Origin: Candidatus Latescibacterota bacterium
Lineage (GTDB): Bacteria > Latescibacterota > UBA2968 > GCA-2709665
Reading direction: 5' to 3'
NCBI GenBank assembly: GCA_965226795.1
Contig: CBDDDZ010000002.1
Span: 96,001 to 160,000, forward strand
DNA length: 64,000 bases
Part shown: positions 61,801 through 64,000 of the stretch, one piece after another
How the letters are laid out: each line of letters opens with the position of its first letter
How positions within the stretch are numbered: position 1 is the first letter of the stretch
Position numbers and translations under genes: made by a program
The notes under the pieces: generated by a model
What the model was told of the DNA's origin: nothing
Databases searched by the model: none
The model's input: the letters and a program-made list of their open reading frames with translations, nothing else

Positions 61801-62438
61801 AAATGGCGTATTGGGATGGACAAGCAGAAAAGCGCAAGCTCCAGGAGAGAGCCGGAAAGGCCGGGGCAAAGCTCAACTCGCGCGAGGCCCAACGGCGCGC
61901 CGACGATCTGCAGGAGCGCCTCCATCAACGCACGGCCCAACTCGACCGGGAGGAGAAAATTTCAGCGCTCCCGCCCGCAGTCGTCGGCGGGCTTGTCGTC
62001 TTACCCATGGGACTTCTGGCAACCATGACCGGAGCCGCCGCACCGCGGCGAACCGTGGACACCCAGAAGTCGGCGGCAAAGGCTCGCGCCATCATCATGG
62101 AAGTGGAACGCGGCCTCGGATTCGAGCCCGTCGACCGGGAGACCGAACATCTCGGTTATGACATTGAGAGCCGGGTGCCGGGCACTGGTAAGCTCCGGTT
62201 CATCGAAGTGAAGGGCCGTCAGTCCGGTGGAGATACGATTACGGTGACGAAGAATGAGATCCTTACGGCGCTGAACAAACCGGACGATTTCATCCTCGGC
62301 ATCGTCGAGTTCCTGGATAGTGGTGAGCATCGAGTACACTACCTGCGCGAGCCCTTCCGAAGGGAGCCGGATTTCGACGTGACGAGCGTCAACTACAAGC
62401 TGAATGACTTGATCAAGCGGGCCGGGAAGCCGGCGTGA
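58866..62438 (+). CDS. SNF2-family helicase with C-terminal DUF3883 (NOV-C, nuclease-like) domain
   Basis: PLPHQ, LADDPGAGKT, DEAH, TATPH, EGINLQ, PWNPNRIEQRFGRIHRIGQ; GYDIESR...FIEVKG. Confidence 0.9.
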   Translation: MKLEDLQPDASVRGIVPDGVVTVVNVQWHGSGALTLIYRPASGRVAEEILYRHDEARLEIVEQGRPWSFDGDGALFRLVSEAYRIRLAHLFDPVLAVHTSLVEPLPHQITAVYEAMLPRQPLRFLLADDPGAGKTIMAGLLMKELVARGDLRRCLVVCPGSLAEQWQDELYRRFHLPFEILTNDKLDAARTGNWFLENDLAIARLDKLARNEDLQAKLSAPDCRYDMVVCDEAHKMSATFFGGEVRYTKRYRLGQLLSNLTRHFLLMTATPHNGKEADFQLFLALLDGDRFEGRFRDGVHQVDVSDLMRRMVKENLLRFDGRPLFPERIAYSVPYKLTDAEARLYREVTDYVREEFNRAEALQSDTRAGTVGFALTILQRRLASSPEAIHQSLRRRRERLESRLRELSLQQRGARQPETIPQTGPLFDAEDVEDLDDAPYEEVEAAEAAVLDEATAASTIAELNAEIASLKWLEGLAAEILKSGEDTKWRELSNLLAEIFTPAGLGARGGEKGEPYGSGAIPPPVPSPSQKLVLFTEHRDTLNYLQRRIATLLGRPSGIVTIHGSMGREDRRKAQESFLHDPLVQVLLATDAAGEGINLQRAHLMVNYDLPWNPNRIEQRFGRIHRIGQTEVCHLWNLVAEETREGDVYRTLLDKLEQARSALGGQVFDVLGRLQFDGRPLRDLLIEAIRYGEQPEVRARLSEAVSEAVDQPHLQSLIEEQALAQDAMDSTRVARVREEMERAEARRLQPHYIESFFLEAFRRLGGSVRRRETGRYEITHVPAPVRNRDRQIGVGEPVLARYERIAFDKAYLAPHGQTPAAFVCPGHALLDAVLDLTLERHRDLLQRGAVLVDERDPGLETRVIFSLEHAIKDGSVLASGEGRVISRRTLYVEIDAAGVKRRLDYAPYLDYRPLADHEPKVADILDRPECGWITRKLEQQAREEAIANIVPEHLGEVRDRRLALVAKTRAAVKERLTKEMAYWDGQAEKRKLQERAGKAGAKLNSREAQRRADDLQERLHQRTAQLDREEKISALPPAVVGGLVVLPMGLLATMTGAAAPRRTVDTQKSAAKARAIIMEVERGLGFEPVDRETEHLGYDIESRVPGTGKLRFIEVKGRQSGGDTITVTKNEILTALNKPDDFILGIVEFLDSGEHRVHYLREPFRREPDFDVTSVNYKLNDLIKRAGKPA

Positions 62439-62525
62439 CGGGAGGGTAGTCGCCTCACAAAAGTAGATTGTGACGTGTCTATATTGTCTGGAATGTCCGG
62501 CCCGAATTCTTCTTTGGTAGAGAGG

Positions 62526-62760
62526 TCATCCTTGACGGGCTTCGGATAAATCGTTACCAATTCTGACCACTTGTCCGTGTACCAGATCTTCGATCTCGTC
62601 TTCAAAGTTCTCGATGTAGGCTTTCACTTCAATCTCCAAGGCGGCATGCAGCATTTGCCTTGCGCCAGCAGAGAGCAGATCTTCCGAGTTCGGTTTCTCT
62701 TCACTTCTTGCTATCCCTTCTGCCTCGTCCGACGTGTCCAGGGGTAATGGTAACACTCCA
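62526..62760 (-). pseudogene. IS256-family transposase N-terminal remnant
   Basis: EDLLSAGARQMLHAALEIEVKAYIE...VVRIG resembles the IS256 N-terminus; truncated. Confidence 0.55.
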
Positions 62761-62829
62761 GGATACACTCTTGTGTCTCTTTTCATCCGCAGCATTTGAG
62801 TATAAGTCCCTTCAATCACAGGGATTGCG

Positions 62830-63702
62830 ATGATCTATTATCTTCCGACCGTGCGCAGTACACGCGAGGGGTGGGAAACGCTCGCCAAACTCGCCAAAGT
62901 TGCTCAGGGTCTCTATTCGGATGAACTGCAACTCAACATGTCAAAGTTGGATTTTTTCGACGCCAACATGGCCGCACCCCTTGGCGCGATTCTTTCAAGG
63001 GTCGCTGACGGTTTCAATACCATTCGCATCGTCGATATGCCGGGCCCAGTCGAGACAATACTTCGCAAGAATCTGTTTCTAACTCATTATTGGTACAAAT
63101 CACTGGATGACAACAATAATACAACCATGCCATTTCGCCGGCTGCGCCTGAGTGACGAGGGTGAGTTCGAAGAATATATCCATTGGCAACTTACCGGAAG
63201 AGGCATCCCCAGAATGTCCGATGGCGCAAGCAGGATCTTCAAAAAAAAGGTTTTTGAAGTGTATCAGAATGCCGTATTCCATTCTGAATCAAATCTTGGT
63301 GTCTTCGTCTGTGGCCAGTTTTTCCCGCAACAGAACCGGCTTGATTTTACGGTTGCAGATGCCGGTATCGGAATTCGAGAGAATGTTCGTCGGTATTTCA
63401 ATAATCCTCGTATCAACTCGCTTCCAGCTCTCAAATGGGCACTCGAGCCATATCACACCACGAAAAGTGGGCCGTATCCCGGTGGGTTAGGCCTTGAGTT
63501 TCTACAGAAATTCGCTCGTCTGAATGACGGTAAGATTCAGATTGCCTCCCGTTTCGCATTCTATGAGTTAAGCCGTGGCACGGAAACTTTCGCGAATATG
63601 GCGGTTGACTTTCCCGGGACTGCCGTAACCATTGAAATTAACACTGCAGATGAGAGTATTTATTTCCTGGAGAGTAAAAGAAAAGCCGACAGTCCGTATT
63701 GA
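62830..63702 (+). CDS. STAS-like + HATPase_c ATP-binding protein
   Basis: EVYQNAVFHS (N box), VADAGIGI (G1), GGLGL (G2), FPGT; no His phospho-acceptor domain. Confidence 0.8.
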   Translation: MIYYLPTVRSTREGWETLAKLAKVAQGLYSDELQLNMSKLDFFDANMAAPLGAILSRVADGFNTIRIVDMPGPVETILRKNLFLTHYWYKSLDDNNNTTMPFRRLRLSDEGEFEEYIHWQLTGRGIPRMSDGASRIFKKKVFEVYQNAVFHSESNLGVFVCGQFFPQQNRLDFTVADAGIGIRENVRRYFNNPRINSLPALKWALEPYHTTKSGPYPGGLGLEFLQKFARLNDGKIQIASRFAFYELSRGTETFANMAVDFPGTAVTIEINTADESIYFLESKRKADSPY

Positions 63703-63721
63703 ATTGGGAAAGAGGACAAGC

Positions 63722-64000
63722 ATGACGCGAGAAATTACAGTTCGAGTATTTGACATCATTGGTGGTCCCCTGTGCGTATCTACCAGCGACGGCCAACGTC
63801 TGTACGACAAGATTGCTCCACTCTTGAGGGCGGGGTCGCCGGTGGTTCTATCCTTCGAACGGATAGAGATTCTCATCTCGGCTTTTCTCAACGCGGCAGT
63901 GGGTCAGCTTTACGGCGAGTTACCCGAGGAAAGCATCCGTGTGTTGCTCTCGTTTCGCGATTTGGCGGATGACGACCGGGAGATGCTGGAACGTGTAATT
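63722..64000 (+). CDS. STAS-like DUF4325 protein (3'-partial; absent from the ORF track)
   Basis: My translation: MTREITVRVFDIIGGPLCVSTSDGQRLYDKIAPLL...VVLSFERIEILISAFLNAAVGQLYG; GAGGA RBS. Confidence 0.8.
   Translation, partial: MTREITVRVFDIIGGPLCVSTSDGQRLYDKIAPLLRAGSPVVLSFERIEILISAFLNAAVGQLYGELPEESIRVLLSFRDLADDDREMLERVI

Noticed and set aside
58866..62438. Complete DISARM or BREX system
   Set aside because: Only the helicase is visible; no drmA/B/C, pglZ or linked methylase in the window
1..64000. tRNA/rRNA genes
   Set aside because: No cloverleaf/T-loop or rRNA-like conserved sequence noticed in the intergenic regions

Overview
GC-rich bacterial window. The gene content (dockerin/EF-hand tags, expanded PhyH, Gfo/Idh/MocA and heparinase II/III families) suggests a Latescibacterota/Poribacteria/Gemmatimonadota-like, possibly sponge-associated organism; this is inference only. 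Most of 1-50.8 kb is a large, mainly plus-strand glycan-degradation region. It holds seven heparinase II/III-like proteins (three are paralogous lyase + FG-GAP propeller fusions), four Gfo/Idh/MocA oxidoreductases, a BNR sialidase-like protein, an esterase and PhyH dioxygenases. It also holds an uncharacterised transporter module: two DUF6785/DUF6784-like membrane proteins flanking a giant FtsX-type permease fused to an apparently inactive PA/M28 ectodomain. Intergenic spaces carry several dispersed repeat families: a TIR-bounded MITE, a ~230-nt structured element with covarying stems in four copies, and REPs. AT-richer accessory inserts include a small toxin-like/DUF3969-like pair (36.9-37.5 kb) and an overlapping TIGR04255 / unknown / ART-like triad (51.3-53.0 kb), the best candidate for an undescribed conflict or defence system. 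The window ends with an ECF sigma/anti-sigma operon, a RAYT transposase with REPs, an SNF2-DUF3883 helicase, an IS256 scar and a HATPase + STAS (DUF4325) pair running off the edge. No rRNA, tRNA or CRISPR array was seen. All family assignments are from motif recognition by eye, not from database searches.
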